A stretch of 50,191 nt of DNA from Trichomonas gallinae. Its lineage: Eukaryota. This document shows positions 49,175 to 50,191 of this stretch, one piece after another. Made by a program: the position numbers and the translations under genes. The notes under the pieces are model-generated. The model did not search any database, had not been told where the DNA came from, and saw only the letters and a program-made list of their open reading frames with translations. The stretch spans positions 1 through 50,191 of the forward strand of contig MRSU01003757.1 of NCBI GenBank assembly GCA_008369845.1, in the 5' to 3' direction. The first letter of the stretch is position 1; each line of letters opens with the position of its first letter.

Positions 49175-50191
49175 TTAGTCGACATCGTCGAACTTGTTGA
49201 GGTCAGCAGATTCGCCAGCAGCCTCACCTTCCTTCTCCTCGGAGACCTTTGGTGTCTCTGTCTCGACAAGTGGTGGGAGCTCTTCGAGCTGGCCAGCAAC
49301 ATCGAGGGCGACAGCGACCATACGGTTGATGCGGGCGGAGAAAGCAGCTGGGTTGGCAAGTGTGAAGCCAGAAGCGAGCTGAGCTGTATCCCAAAGCATG
49401 GAGAGCATCTCCTTAGCGTTCTTGTCTGTCTCATCCTTCTCGAGCATGTCGACAAGCTTTGTGACAACTGGGTGTTTGCCGTTGACTTCGAGTGTCTTCT
49501 TGGCCTGCATGTACTGGGACATTGTGTTGTCGCGGAGGGCCTGAGCGTTCATGAGACGCTGGAAGTTAGCTGTGTAACCGTATTCACCTGTGACGATGAC
49601 GCATGGTGTGACAACAAGGCGCTTGGAGAGGACAACCTTCTCGCATTCCTTGCCGATGAGGTCCTTGATCTTTGTGAACATTGGTTCGAGCTTGGCCTTG
49701 AGGTCTTCGTACTGCTTCTTCTCCTCTTCGGACTCGTCGATCTCGCAGTTCTCCTTTGTGATGCACATGAGCTTGTGATCGCTGTACTCGTTGAGCTGCT
49801 GGAAGCAGTACTCATCGATTGGGTCGATAAGGAAGAGAACTTCGATGCCCTTCTGACGGAAGACTTCGAGCATTGGGGAGTTCATGACAGCCTCCTTTGT
49901 TTCGCCGGAGATCCAGTAGATGCCCTTCTGGCCCTCCTTCATGCGCTCGATGTACTCATCGAGAGATGTGAGCTCTTCTGGGGACTGTGTGGAGTAGAAG
50001 CGAAGGAGCTTGGCAAGCTTTGGACGGTTCTGAGAGTCCTCGTGGATGCCGAGCTTGATGTTCTTGGAGAACTGCTCGTAGAAGATCTTGAAGTCTTCCT
50101 TCTTCTCAGCGATGTCGTTGAACAACTCAAGGCACTTCTTGATGATGTTCTTGCGGATGAGCTTGATGATTCTGTTCTGCTGGAGGGTTTC
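49175..50191 (-). CDS. HSP90: Cytosolic Hsp90, 3' part (5' end outside the window)
   Basis: Open from the window edge: ETLQQNRIIKLIRKNIIKKC, FYEQFSKNIKLGIHEDSQNR, IDPIDEY, TANFQRLMNAQALRD; ends FDDVD. Confidence 0.98.
   Translation of the reverse strand, partial: ETLQQNRIIKLIRKNIIKKCLELFNDIAEKKEDFKIFYEQFSKNIKLGIHEDSQNRPKLAKLLRFYSTQSPEELTSLDEYIERMKEGQKGIYWISGETKEAVMNSPMLEVFRQKGIEVLFLIDPIDEYCFQQLNEYSDHKLMCITKENCEIDESEEEKKQYEDLKAKLEPMFTKIKDLIGKECEKVVLSKRLVVTPCVIVTGEYGYTANFQRLMNAQALRDNTMSQYMQAKKTLEVNGKHPVVTKLVDMLEKDETDKNAKEMLSMLWDTAQLASGFTLANPAAFSARINRMVAVALDVAGQLEELPPLVETETPKVSEEKEGEAAGESADLNKFDDVD

Overview
Gene-dense, apparently intron-free eukaryotic DNA from a trichomonad, most likely Trichomonas sp. 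Evidence: TCA(C/T)T initiator elements just upstream of ATGs, TAAA poly(A) signals overlapping stop codons, Trichomonas-type TPI/MDH proteins and AT-rich spacers. About 30 protein genes are present: TPI (cut by the left edge), SAC3/GANP, Lunapark, an EGF/TM protein, a MATE transporter, a MYST HAT, kinesin-9, lipase-3, IFT43-like, LRR/coiled-coil, DRC10, acyl-CoA synthetase, an MRH-domain protein, PP2A-B56, cytosolic MDH, GAF-PDE, PPase, CFAP20DC, CUE-Smr, a RING/TM ligase, a bacterial-type MBL hydrolase, RIC1 and Hsp90 (cut by the right edge). There is also one tRNA-Arg(UCU), ankyrin-gene debris and several decayed tandem duplications. No intact transposon was seen. The most notable unexplained signals are (1) a ~270-nt heavily base-paired intergenic element with a possible pseudoknot at 31.5-31.8 kb, (2) phased arrays of a TTTAC-N4-CA motif upstream of unrelated genes and (3) a CGGCCAC(TCAT) motif shared by the TPI and MDH promoters. 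All protein assignments come from motif recognition by eye, not database searches.
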